The notes beneath the pieces were generated by a model that was not told the DNA's origin, made no database searches, and worked only from the letters and a program-made list of their open reading frames with translations. This document shows, piece by piece, positions 12,741 through 22,937 of a stretch of 64,000 nucleotides of DNA. A program made the translations under genes and the position numbers. How positions within the stretch are numbered: position 1 is the first letter of the stretch; each line of letters starts with the position of its first letter. The DNA is from Amphiscolops sp. MND2022 (taxonomy: Eukaryota): contig OZ076409.1 in the NCBI GenBank assembly GCA_964187785.1, forward strand, positions 35,588,001 through 35,652,000, read 5' to 3'.

Positions 12741-13137
12741 TTCCAGCTGTCGAGACAGTGTCCGAACTTCACTGATCGGTTGAAGTTTCTTCAGCTCTTC
12801 CTCCTTCTTTCAGAGTTGTGTCCAGTCTTGACTGACTGGTTGATACTCTGAAAGATCGTTTCGTCCCTCACCCGCACCACCGTCAACTGAGACCGCGTTG
12901 AGTCGACGCGACTTTGAGTTTATCGTGTTCCGTCCTCGTAGTCTGTGACTACTTTTAACTTAAAACAAAAAAATTGCCAGTTTCTTTGTAGAAGCACTGT
13001 ACAAACACAGTGTTGTCACCGATAAACACCGTTCTTTCTTCTACCGAACTTTTTCTTGAACTGTGTCCAAACTTAATTGTTTGGTTGACGTCTGAAAAAG
13101 TACAAACGCGCACCGATCCTCAAATTTGGCTACGGTC

Positions 13138-16100
13138 ATGTCTGACCCCGTTCACGAAAAGGTGCAAAAGTTGTATGACAGTCGCGCGAAAGCCGAAGCC
13201 GACCTGAACAGGTATCAAAAAGACGTGACAGAAGCAGTAAACAATGCCGATAGACGAGTCCGCGTCGAACGGTTGGTCACTTCTTGCGAAGAGGCTATGA
13301 CAAAAGCTTTCGCTAAGAACGAACAGCTACTCGAGCTTGCCAAGAAAACCAACGACCCGGCAACTGTCACAGCAGACTTAGAAAAATGGTTGAACGTCAC
13401 GAGCATACAAAATGATGGAATTTTGAGAAGCGCAAGGGAATATATCGATCAATGTCCCAAAACAGATAATTCTTCGCAAACTTCAGTCAAAGCTGCCACC
13501 GTGAAGACTAAGTCTAGCAAAATTTCAAGCAGCAAAGCGTCGAAAACTCCAAGTCAGCGCCAACGAGACTTGCTTATTGCCAAACACAAGCGAGAAGAAG
13601 TAGAAAGACAAAACGAAGCTGCTTTACGACTAGCTAAACAAAAGCAAGAGCTGGAGCTTGAACAACTGCAAGAAGAGAACCGCAAACGACTTGCAGAGGC
13701 GCATCTAGTTGAACTTGAACTTCAAGAAGACCCATCTGAAGCTAACGAAGATGCTCATGGGATTCTTTCGCGTTTAAGCAGAACAACAGACGCTAGTGAA
13801 ACACGGCGAGTTAGCGACTGGGTTAACAACTCGCCAATCGTTACCACGACTCAACATGAGACGGTAACAGCGGTGACTGCAAGTCTAGCTACTTCTGCCT
13901 CAAATACTACCGCTTTGATCCCATCTCAGCAACCTCCGGTTAATGTCTCTCGGCCGATTTTCGCACCAAGTGATCCCAATGAAACAAACGTGGCAGTACA
14001 ACTACCAACAACTACCGTTCCATCAATGAGTTTAAATCACACTCCTGCGATACAAACTCAGACTCCTCCATTGACAGCGCAAAACTTGGGGAATATCGGA
14101 CCTTCAACATCAGCTGTCATTGTACAACAACAAGTTCAACCGACAATCATCCCGACCCAAACTGGAAGTTTCAATGCGCAAGTTTTGCCGCCACAAACGA
14201 CAACACGGATGCCCACGTTCACAATGCCGGTGAACCACATCCTCCCAAACTTGTCCGCATGGACCTTCCCGAACCCGACTGTTACCACCGCACCGATTGT
14301 AACAACGATTCCGCCCCCGACACAGCCGACGGCACCTACTTTCATGCTGTTTGCTCACGCGCCAACCTATGCTGTTCCAACCGTACCCGTTACCGCTGGT
14401 GGAACTGTTTATTATATACCCCCAGCAACCGTTACAACGCCAATTGTGTACAGTACAACACAACCGACGACTTCCCTTAGTCCAACAGCCGCTACATTTG
14501 TGCCACCCGGAACGTTAACGACTATGCAACCAAGCACAACCGGATTCACGATACAAGATCTTGCATTGTTGTTAGCTTCAACGAAGAAAGACCATGTTCC
14601 AGGGTGGAAACTAGCACAATATAACGGCGACCCGATTCAATGGCATGAATGGTTCGGCCAGTTTAAAAGTGCTAAAGACTCAGTACCACTAACAGACGAC
14701 GTCAAGTTAACATACCTCAAGACTCTTGTAACTGGCAAAGCAAAGACGGCTATCGCTGAATTTGCTTACTGCGGAGCAATGTATAGAGACGCCCTAAAGA
14801 CACTAGAACGAAAATTTGGACAGCCGCAGGCTGTAGTAACTGCTTATCTGGATAAGCTGGCAAGCTTTCCTCCTGTCAAGATGCACAACAGTGAGAGCAT
14901 CATCAGTTACTCAGCAATACTTTGTTCTCTAGTCGGGGTTTTCCGATCTCTAAACTACGTCCAAGACCTGTCAAGCGCATCATTGCTTGGACAAGCCGTT
15001 CAAAAGCTTCCGCCAAACATGAAAGAAGCATGGTCACTGCACACAGTGAGGCGAACTTTGGACAGACCGACGCTCATTGATTTCAATGACTGGCTCAAAG
15101 ACAAAGCCGAAGCGCATGAGCGCATGAAGTCTCTGCCCAACAAAGCGAAACCTGAAGAAAGTAACAACGTGACTGTAATTAAGACTAAAACTGCTTCCAA
15201 GGTTTTCGCAACGACGACTTCTAGTCAACAAAGTGCCAGCGCCAAAGTTAAGAATGACAAACCGCCTAACACTTGTGCTGCTTGTAAAGAAAAACATCCT
15301 TTGTGGAGATGTCCAGCATTCAGAGGAAAAACACCCACAGAGAGAGCAAGAATTGTAGCTGACAATAAGCTTTGCTTTTCATGCTTCAACCAAAATCACA
15401 CGTTTCGCCAGTGCCCCCAACCCCGCAAGTGTACGAAAGATGGATGCGGGAGTTCACACAACACTTTCTTGCACGGAGCTGACAGGATTTTTGCCAAGAA
15501 AGTCACTAGCGTGAACAAGGACAAAACTGAAACATCTGGTTGTATTGGAACATCAATGAACAACGAAAGATCAGACGAGAGCTCAGGCATGCCTTCCATT
15601 GCCGATGTCAAAGGCCTATTACAAGTAACGGAAGTTGAACTTCACTCGAACGGCAAAAGCGAAAAAGTCCTAGCACTGTGTGATTCTGCCTGCAGCCATT
15701 CCTGGATCTCAGCGAATCTGGCAACGAAGTTGAACGTACACGGCACCCCGACCAAGCTTACTGTCCATGGCATAAATTCCAACCAAGTCGTAGACACGCA
15801 ACTGGTGGAGCTTAAGTTGACACCCGTTCATTCGGGTGGCTCTTGCTCTCCCTTTGTTGTTAAACCGTACGTCAGGGAAGACCTCAAAGTCGGAACTGAC
15901 ACCATCGATGTCGAACTTTTGAAAACAAAGTACCCCCATTTGCAACCAATCTCTTTGAAAAGGTACAGCTACGCCGATGTTGAAATGATACTAGGTCAGG
16001 ATGTTTTCCACTCAATCCGCCCGCTGGAGTATTTTGATTCCGACCGCAAAACTGCTCCAGTTGCCGTTCGTTTACCGTTGGGTTGGGTTTTGAGTGGACC

Positions 16101-19100
16101 GCTCCCCTCGTCGTCAGGTCTCTATTCAACCTGTTTTAAAGCTGTTGCTTCCAACAAGGAATTGGACTCCGAACTTGCCGACCAACTCCGAAGCTGGTAC
16201 GATATCGAATCGTATGGAGCGTACAAACAAGTAGATTCGCGTTCCGCAGCCGATGCGAGAGCGTTGGAAATACTTGAAGAAACGACTTACCACGATGGTA
16301 ACCGATACCATGTGGGAATGTTGTGGACCGAAGCCGACAGTAGTTTGCCGAATAACTACTTTTCCGCGCTCGTGCAGCTGAAGTCGTTAGAACGTCGCCT
16401 CGACAAAGATCCTGAATTGAAACAACTTTATGCCAAAACAATTCACGACGACTTCGACAAAGGTTACATCACCAAAGTTGACAAAAGCGACTGTTTCAAA
16501 TTAGACCAACCCCGCGAGTGGTACCTGCCACACCATCCTGTAGTGCACCCGCACAAACCTGGCAAAGTTCGCAGAGTATTGAATGGCGCAGCAAGGTTCC
16601 AGGGCCAATCTTTGAACAACGCCTTGTTAACCGGACCGGACTTGCTACAAAGTTTGATACACATACTGATCCGCTTTCGTCAACACAAGTACGCCGTCTC
16701 TGCCGATATCGAAGGTATGTTTCTTCAAGTTGGAGTCATACCAAAAGATCAACCTTCACTTCGTTTTCTGTGGCGGGAAGACCCAGCTGCAGAAATCGCT
16801 GTGTATCAGTACGTCCGGCACATCTTCGGGTCGAAGGACTCACCAACATGTGCGAACTACGCACTGAAGCGTACTGGTAGCGATAACCAAGACGCTTTCC
16901 CTGAAGCAGCGAAAAGCGTTCATCGCAATTTTTACATGGACGACTACTTGGAATCAAGCCCTACGGTCGAAGAAGCCAGTAACAAAGCAAAGGACTTGGT
17001 GGCACTGCTTGCAAAAGGTGGCTTTAATCTAACTAAGTTTGTTTCCAACATTAACCACCTTTCAGCCGAACTGCAACAAAGCGGCGAACTAGCACCGACC
17101 GATGAGAAGGTGATTCCGAAACCAGACGAGTCCTCACATGTCTTGGGACTTAAATGGAATCATGCCTGCGACACCCTCGTAGTAAGTCGGGGAACGAGCC
17201 CTGTTACGAACAAGAAACTTACTCAACGAAAGGTACTGAGCGTAGTTTCAGCTGTCTACGATCCCATTGGACTCGTTGCTCCATTTACCGTCCAATCAAG
17301 ACTGTTGTTGAAAGACATCTGGAGATTAAGTGGTCAACAGTGGGATGACGATCTGCCAGACGAAATCGTAACTAAGTTCAACGAATGGAACAAGGAACTG
17401 CCAACTTTGAGCGAAATTCAAATCCCACGGAGCTTTTTCGAAGAGCGAGTTGAAACCTTGGAGCTGCATATGTTCTGTGACAGCTCTCAAGATGTCTTCA
17501 GCGCCGTCGCTTTTCTACGAGGAAAAGTTGCCACCACGATTGGTTCCACAACAGAGTTAGCTTTCGTCTTTGGGAAAGCCAGAGTACCACCCATGAAAGC
17601 CCTTACGATCCCGAAGCTTGAACTACAAGCCTCGTTGTTTGCTGCACGACTCCGAAAAGAAATTGAAAATGCGCTAACGGTCAGAGTTGCTAACACTTTC
17701 ATGTGGACGGACAGCACGACGGTCCTTCAGTGGCTCCATTCTTTAGAGAAGCAACCGGTGTTTGTAACCAACCGCGTGGCCGAAATCCTGGAACTAACAA
17801 CAGTGGATGAATGGAATTATGTTAAATCAAGTGACAACCCCGCTGATGCAGGAACGCGTGGTCTTTCAGCCAACTCACTTCGTGACAGTCCTTGGCTCAA
17901 AGGTCCTTCATTCTTGCGAACACACGACTGGCCGTTCAAACCACCAAAAGAAGTTGAGGTCAAATTGAAAACGAAAAAGTTGGACACTTCCCTTTCGGAA
18001 CAAGAAACTTCTGAATTTTTGACAGCTTTAAGTGCAACTGTGATCGGCATCGCGACAACTTTCGAGTGGCAGAAGTACAGCTCGTACGAGAAACTTCTGC
18101 GCGTTGTTGCTTACATTTTGCGCCTACTGCCAAAAAACGAAGGTTACCGTTCCGACTCCGGTTTAGTAACTGACCCAAATGAAATGCGAAATGCTGACTT
18201 GAGACTTTTCTATCTCATCCAACAAGAGTCATTTCCCGTCGAACTGAAGTGCTTGCTAAAAAAATCCCCCGGCAGCAACTCTTCTAAATTTTCCCAATTC
18301 TCCCCTTTCATTGGGCCTCAAGGCCTACAGCGAGCAACCGGTCGGACCAAACAACTAACAGTTTCCAACTTCGACGCAAAACACCCTATTTTACTGGACA
18401 GCCGTCACCCCGCCGTACGCTTGTACTTAGAGCAGCTCCATGAAACGCATTGCCATCAGGGTGTCGACTACATGAGGGCGTTGGTGCAGCAACAGTTCGC
18501 CATCGTCAAGCTTAGAACCGCCCTGAGGTCAATTGTCTCCAAATGTGTCACTTGCCGCAAACGTCGAGCGGAAACTCTTAATCCGATAATGTCCGACCTT
18601 CCTCGGGAAAGACTAGCATTTAAAGAGCGTCCATTTACGAACACTGGAATTGACTATTTTGGTCCGTTTTACGTAGCTGTGAAAAGATCAACCGAAAAAC
18701 GATGGGGATTCCTATTCACTTGCTTAACAACAAGAGCTGTCCATTTTGAAGTTGTCCCGTCAATGGACACTAGTAGCTGTGTTATGGGGATCGAAAGATT
18801 TGCTGCCTGTCGGGGCGTCCCATCTGTTTTGTGGTCTGACAACGGAACCAATTTCATCGCCAGTGAAAAGGAGTTGCTACAAAACGTGTCAGCGTGGAAT
18901 CAACATATTCTGTCTGAAGCTTTGGTCAAAAAACGGATCCACTGGAAGTTCAATCCTCCCAGTGCTCCCCACCATGGAGGTGTCTGGGAACGAATTGTCA
19001 GGAGCTTCAAACACGTTTTTTACGCAATTCTTGGAAACCGTCGCCTAATCGACGAGATATTAACAACTACCTTTTGTCTTGTAGAACAGAGTCTCAATTC

Positions 19101-19542
19101 CCGCCCACTGGTGCCCGTTAGCTCCGACGCTACGGATTTTGACGCCTTGACACCCAACCACTTCCTCTTGGGAACCGCGGGTTCCACAATGCCATCGCAC
19201 CAAAGAGCCGACGTAGACCACAGAAAACGCTACGCACGCGCGCAAGCGTACTCAGATGCAATTTGGGACCGTTGGCTCAAAGACTACGTTCCGTCGCTTA
19301 ACCGCCGTTCGAAGTGGTCAACCCAACCAGATCGAGATCACAAGACCGGTGACCTTGTCTGGATTGTGGAGCCTACGAGTCCACGAGGACATTACCCACT
19401 TGCACGTGTGGTCAAGCTGAACTACGGTACCGACGCTGTCGCTCGTTCTGCGGAACTGAAAACCGCAACAGGAAACCTTGTTCGACCCGTTGTCAAACTT
19501 GCACCCGTTCTCCCGTCCCCCGATTCCCCCAATCTTACTTAA
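13138..19542 (+). CDS. BEL/Pao Gag-Pol polyprotein (Gag, three Cys-His knuckles, protease, RT, RNase H/peptidase A17, integrase, DUF5641)
   Basis: First ATG at 13138 in ORF 13126-19542. Motifs: YNGDPIQWHEWFGQF (DUF1759); CAACKEKHPLWRC, CFSCFNQNHTFRQC, CTKDGCGSSHNTFLH; LCDSACSHSW (protease); ADIEGMF and YMDD (RT); FCDSS and PKLEL; H-H-C-C zinc finger, GIDYFGP, SDNGTNF, GGVWER (integrase); WLKDYVPSL. Confidence 0.97.
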   Translation: MSDPVHEKVQKLYDSRAKAEADLNRYQKDVTEAVNNADRRVRVERLVTSCEEAMTKAFAKNEQLLELAKKTNDPATVTADLEKWLNVTSIQNDGILRSAREYIDQCPKTDNSSQTSVKAATVKTKSSKISSSKASKTPSQRQRDLLIAKHKREEVERQNEAALRLAKQKQELELEQLQEENRKRLAEAHLVELELQEDPSEANEDAHGILSRLSRTTDASETRRVSDWVNNSPIVTTTQHETVTAVTASLATSASNTTALIPSQQPPVNVSRPIFAPSDPNETNVAVQLPTTTVPSMSLNHTPAIQTQTPPLTAQNLGNIGPSTSAVIVQQQVQPTIIPTQTGSFNAQVLPPQTTTRMPTFTMPVNHILPNLSAWTFPNPTVTTAPIVTTIPPPTQPTAPTFMLFAHAPTYAVPTVPVTAGGTVYYIPPATVTTPIVYSTTQPTTSLSPTAATFVPPGTLTTMQPSTTGFTIQDLALLLASTKKDHVPGWKLAQYNGDPIQWHEWFGQFKSAKDSVPLTDDVKLTYLKTLVTGKAKTAIAEFAYCGAMYRDALKTLERKFGQPQAVVTAYLDKLASFPPVKMHNSESIISYSAILCSLVGVFRSLNYVQDLSSASLLGQAVQKLPPNMKEAWSLHTVRRTLDRPTLIDFNDWLKDKAEAHERMKSLPNKAKPEESNNVTVIKTKTASKVFATTTSSQQSASAKVKNDKPPNTCAACKEKHPLWRCPAFRGKTPTERARIVADNKLCFSCFNQNHTFRQCPQPRKCTKDGCGSSHNTFLHGADRIFAKKVTSVNKDKTETSGCIGTSMNNERSDESSGMPSIADVKGLLQVTEVELHSNGKSEKVLALCDSACSHSWISANLATKLNVHGTPTKLTVHGINSNQVVDTQLVELKLTPVHSGGSCSPFVVKPYVREDLKVGTDTIDVELLKTKYPHLQPISLKRYSYADVEMILGQDVFHSIRPLEYFDSDRKTAPVAVRLPLGWVLSGPLPSSSGLYSTCFKAVASNKELDSELADQLRSWYDIESYGAYKQVDSRSAADARALEILEETTYHDGNRYHVGMLWTEADSSLPNNYFSALVQLKSLERRLDKDPELKQLYAKTIHDDFDKGYITKVDKSDCFKLDQPREWYLPHHPVVHPHKPGKVRRVLNGAARFQGQSLNNALLTGPDLLQSLIHILIRFRQHKYAVSADIEGMFLQVGVIPKDQPSLRFLWREDPAAEIAVYQYVRHIFGSKDSPTCANYALKRTGSDNQDAFPEAAKSVHRNFYMDDYLESSPTVEEASNKAKDLVALLAKGGFNLTKFVSNINHLSAELQQSGELAPTDEKVIPKPDESSHVLGLKWNHACDTLVVSRGTSPVTNKKLTQRKVLSVVSAVYDPIGLVAPFTVQSRLLLKDIWRLSGQQWDDDLPDEIVTKFNEWNKELPTLSEIQIPRSFFEERVETLELHMFCDSSQDVFSAVAFLRGKVATTIGSTTELAFVFGKARVPPMKALTIPKLELQASLFAARLRKEIENALTVRVANTFMWTDSTTVLQWLHSLEKQPVFVTNRVAEILELTTVDEWNYVKSSDNPADAGTRGLSANSLRDSPWLKGPSFLRTHDWPFKPPKEVEVKLKTKKLDTSLSEQETSEFLTALSATVIGIATTFEWQKYSSYEKLLRVVAYILRLLPKNEGYRSDSGLVTDPNEMRNADLRLFYLIQQESFPVELKCLLKKSPGSNSSKFSQFSPFIGPQGLQRATGRTKQLTVSNFDAKHPILLDSRHPAVRLYLEQLHETHCHQGVDYMRALVQQQFAIVKLRTALRSIVSKCVTCRKRRAETLNPIMSDLPRERLAFKERPFTNTGIDYFGPFYVAVKRSTEKRWGFLFTCLTTRAVHFEVVPSMDTSSCVMGIERFAACRGVPSVLWSDNGTNFIASEKELLQNVSAWNQHILSEALVKKRIHWKFNPPSAPHHGGVWERIVRSFKHVFYAILGNRRLIDEILTTTFCLVEQSLNSRPLVPVSSDATDFDALTPNHFLLGTAGSTMPSHQRADVDHRKRYARAQAYSDAIWDRWLKDYVPSLNRRSKWSTQPDRDHKTGDLVWIVEPTSPRGHYPLARVVKLNYGTDAVARSAELKTATGNLVRPVVKLAPVLPSPDSPNLT

Positions 19543-19689
19543 TCTTTAACCTTCTTCGTTTTTGTTTTCTATTGTAATCATGCCAAAAATGAATAAAATG
19601 TAACATGTACATCAAAAACCCATGTAAACCGTTTGCAAAAAAAGTTTCCGTTTCAATTCAAATGTTTTTTTTTGCATTCACACCTTCTT

Positions 19690-19701
19690 GGGCCCGGAGG
19701 A
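19690..19701 (+). promoter_or_regulatory. BEL-1 polypurine tract
   Basis: GGGCCCGGAGGA directly before the TG of the 3' LTR, a BEL-type GC-interrupted PPT. Confidence 0.8.
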
Positions 19702-20075
19702 TGTTGTGTACACAATATGATTGGATTAAAACAAACTAATCTCAAGGCGCTATGGCAAAATAGGTTAGTGCGTTCGGTTCCTATTCCAAAGGTCCGGAGT
19801 TCGATTCCCGGAATCTGCGGAACCTTTGGTAAAAATACTAAAATACCGTTTTCGACTAAAATACTTTTTGAAATAATATATACGAAACTTTGACCTTGCT
19901 ATCTCGAAACTTTAATTTGTTTGATAATATTTGTAAACAACCTTTGTGCCTTTGTCAGTTTCGTTAATTTATACAGCTTTATCATTGTTCTATTGTGTTG
20001 CGTTCGATAAAACAGAAAGGTTCGAAATATACCATTCATTTCTTAAAGTCTTTTGCAAAACGATCTGTAGAATTG
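19702..20075 (+). repeat. BEL-1 3' LTR, truncated at its 3' end
   Basis: Matches 10754-11129, then diverges after GTAGAATTG with no terminal CA and no GCCTG target-site copy. Confidence 0.92.
19746..19818 (+). promoter_or_regulatory. tRNA-derived Pol III-type cassette inside the 3' LTR
   Basis: Second copy of 10798-10870 with two substitutions. GGTTAGTGCGTTCGG here is closer to the tRNA-Asn D-arm/anticodon-stem sequence. Confidence 0.75.
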
Positions 20076-20270
20076 TCCTCGCACTAGGACCTTTCTCAGA
20101 AAATAAAAAACATTAGGCAAGCCAGCGAGAATTTTGACCTTGCTGAGAAAAAAATGCGCGTAGCTATATTACTTTTCATTTCATTCGTAGGATTTTAGGG
20201 ACAAAGTTTTCCTATCGTGAAGGTTTTCAAATAATCGTGAAGTCGTTCGGATTTGATAACCAATACTTGC

Positions 20271-21030
20271 CTCGGAGCACTGTAGGGTAAAGTTCAGGTG
20301 TGTAGGTGAACAAAAGGTCAAATGCAGCGGTGACCATTCCCTTTCCCACCATGGCAAATGCGATCTGAAACACGCCCCCTGCTATGGGCGCTGTGAACGG
20401 CAAAGTGAAGCATGCTGCTGAGGAGAGTAAAAGGCAAACATAAAAGGCCACTTTCCGACCATACTTGTCCATGGCGAATGCAACGAGCCATACTGGAAAC
20501 TCACAAATGGCTAACAAAATGGAATTGATATACGGGCTTCCACTGATGCCACCAACTCCAAAGGTCAACCCAAAGTACACCAAAGATACGGTGAACCATG
20601 AGCATATTTGACCTCCTGACAGCATGAAGGCGGGAAAAGTCCGGAAAAGGTCAAGTATGGATGCTGTGTCATCTAGCTTCGAGCCTGGTCTCTTTTTGAT
20701 CTCTAGGTCATCCAGGGGCTCCGGTGATTTCATTGATAACACCATTCCAGTCGATGTCTCAGTCTTTTCACTCTTTGCTGATCCGTTTGCTGACAGCCTT
20801 ATCGTTGATGGGTCGTTTCCGTTGCGTTCAGCGATTAAGCACAAAACCTTTTCAGCTTCGCGGAATCGTTTTCGGGAGTTCAGCCACATTGGGCTTTCAG
20901 GGATAAAAACAGCGAATATAAACCAAATTGGCACAGGCACTGCTGACATAATCATGATCTGCAACCTCCAGGAGGACCTGAACAAGTATCCGATGACAGC
21001 CCCGATTATTTCCCCAATAGCGTAAATAAC
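20271..21030 (-). CDS. SLC22-like transporter exon 3 (TM5-TM10)
   Basis: Encodes VIYAIGEIIGAVIGYLFRSSWRLQ...IPESPMWL...WFTVSLVYFGL...MDKYGRK...YTPELYPTVLR. Acceptor cttttaAG|GTT, donor CGAG|GCAAGT. Confidence 0.92.
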
Positions 21031-21471
21031 CTTAAAAGCGAACCTCTGCGATTAATCTACTGTTCAACATAGAAAAATTTCGTGATTCCGATGTAGTTGA
21101 TAATTCGCAAACACCACAATCACGCACGGGTGGAAGCTTCTAATTTTTATGAAACAAATAAAATAATTGAAAAGCCATAACTTCTAGAGTAAGCTTACCA
21201 AAAGTGTACGCTTTTTTTCTTGCTTTTATCCGATTTTAACTTGTTTGGCTAGTATCAAACTAATCAAAGAAATCGTTTTTGACCTATCGGCCATGCGGTC
21301 ATTTTGTATCTCACTATTTTGTTAGGATTCCAAATTATTCACGATACGAAAGACCCTTTTAATCTCAAAATCTTTTTGTGAGAAGGGAAAAGTTTTGACC
21401 GAAGGAAGTTTCCAGATGAAAAATAATTGTGAGTTGTCTTCCTGGATATAGTGAATCAGAAGTTTGCTTTC

Positions 21472-21875
21472 CATTGCTCCCATGGACAACTGGGCGAGGT
21501 ATTCTTTTTTCACTGTTTCAGCCATTAGAATGTAAATGGGTCCGCAGAATCCTCCATAAAACAGCCCATTCAAAAAGCGGAAACAGGTATAAAACCAAAT
21601 GTTTGGAGCAAAAGCCGTTGTTGCGCTGAAAGCAGCAAATAAAGGACAGCAAATTAGAAAAATTGTTTTCCGGCCAAACCGATCGCTTGCGCGGCCAGAC
21701 AGAATTAAGGAAATCATGTTCGCGAACCAGAAAACAGAATTTGAAAGCGAAGACATCACTTGGTTACTTCCACAAGACAAATCAAACTCTGCTACGGTCG
21801 ATTTGACGTCTTGCTTATAAACATATAACTGGCAATCTTCGATGCATTTTTTGTCGAAGCTTTGATTGGACAAAA
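21472..21875 (-). CDS. SLC22-like transporter exon 2 (extracellular loop to TM4)
   Basis: Encodes KCIEDCQLYVY...STVAEFDLSC...SGRASDRFGRK (MFS motif A)...RFLNG...LMAETV. Acceptor gatgcAG|TT; an alternative acceptor would start the exon at 21900. The 3' end is inferred at ATG|GAAAGC. Confidence 0.88.
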
Positions 21876-22864
21876 CTGCATCAGTGCGTTGCAGTGATAG
21901 CTAGGTATACAATACTTAACAAGTTTCCTGCATTAGGTGCCTAAATTATAATCGCCTTGGCATGGAAAATTAATTTATACCAAAAAACCACCATAATTTT
22001 ATATTGACGAACTGGTTAAACTAAATTACCTTTAAACGCCTAAAAAGCTTCATAACGTCAATGAGCCCATAAAGTTTTCATTTTTAAGTCTTCCTTATCC
22101 TGAAAGGTTCCTTTTTGGCTTTTTTTGTTACTGTAAAATTTCAGTTCATATTGTTTATCACAAATTGGGCGGAACTCGCATCTAACCAATGTCAAGTTTC
22201 TGTATCTTTTCAAATTGAACTATAATAGTGCTGTTCTAGACAAAACGTTTAAATCGATGAAAAATGTGCTTTTTTGGAGGAGTTAATGTTATAGCCGATT
22301 TTTATTCGATCTTCGTCTGACGTTCATCCGAATTGTCTTACGTGTTCCCAAGAAAAGTATGGGTTTCAGCCAAGACCAGTATCTTTTCTATTTGAGCAAT
22401 AATGAAAGAGTTGTCTTTTATAAAACAAATTGAGCTACGAACTATATTTTGTCTAGCGAGGACGAAACCAGGGGACGTTTTTTGAACTGCCAGTATGGAA
22501 TTTATTAAACATATTGGCATGAGCAAGTTTTCAGATCTATAAAAATTTTTCAGTCAGTGTTTTTGTTACAAAAAGTGCCCGGACATCACAGTTACAAGTT
22601 TTTGACCTCATACTGAATGGTTGATTTTTAAAGAAGTTTTGCGAGAAAAATATTTGGCGGAAGAGTTTCATAAGTACCCAAATCTTCCTAAACTAAATAA
22701 GTTGATGAACTTGAGTTGCACCTCTAAATTGTATAAGTTATTCAAGTTTTGCAAACAAATTACGAACTATGTTCGCTGTAAAATGCAAGCTCTGTAATTT
22801 GTCAGCTCGAACAGGGCAACGAATACGAATTTAAATATTCATTCATTCATTCATTACTCGACTT

Positions 22865-22937
22865 GGCAGTAACTTGACCCGGTGGTTAAGATGCGTGGCT
22901 ACCCAAGGGAAGCTCGTAGGTTCGAATCCCACTCGGA
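22865..22937 (+). repeat. tRNA-derived (Leu/Ser-like) SINE-type head preceded by (ATTC)4
   Basis: A box TGACCCGGTGGTTAAG and T arm GTAGG-TTCGAAT-CCCAC (B box GGTTCGAATCC). No pairing acceptor stem. The microsatellite is at 22837-22855. Confidence 0.6.

Larger units (their letters stand above)
10754..20075 (+). mobile_element. Young, coding-intact BEL/Pao LTR retrotransposon (BEL-1) in SLC22 intron 3, antisense to the host gene
   Basis: Near-identical direct repeats start TGTTGTGTACAC at 10754 and 19702, with a PPT before the second. They enclose a single 2134-aa gag-pol ORF and an extra upstream ORF. The 3' LTR is truncated. Confidence 0.95.

Noticed and set aside
20624-21025. Plus-strand 133-aa ORF, and the many antisense ORFs over gag-pol regions
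   Set aside because: These are shadow frames of real coding sequence on the other strand.
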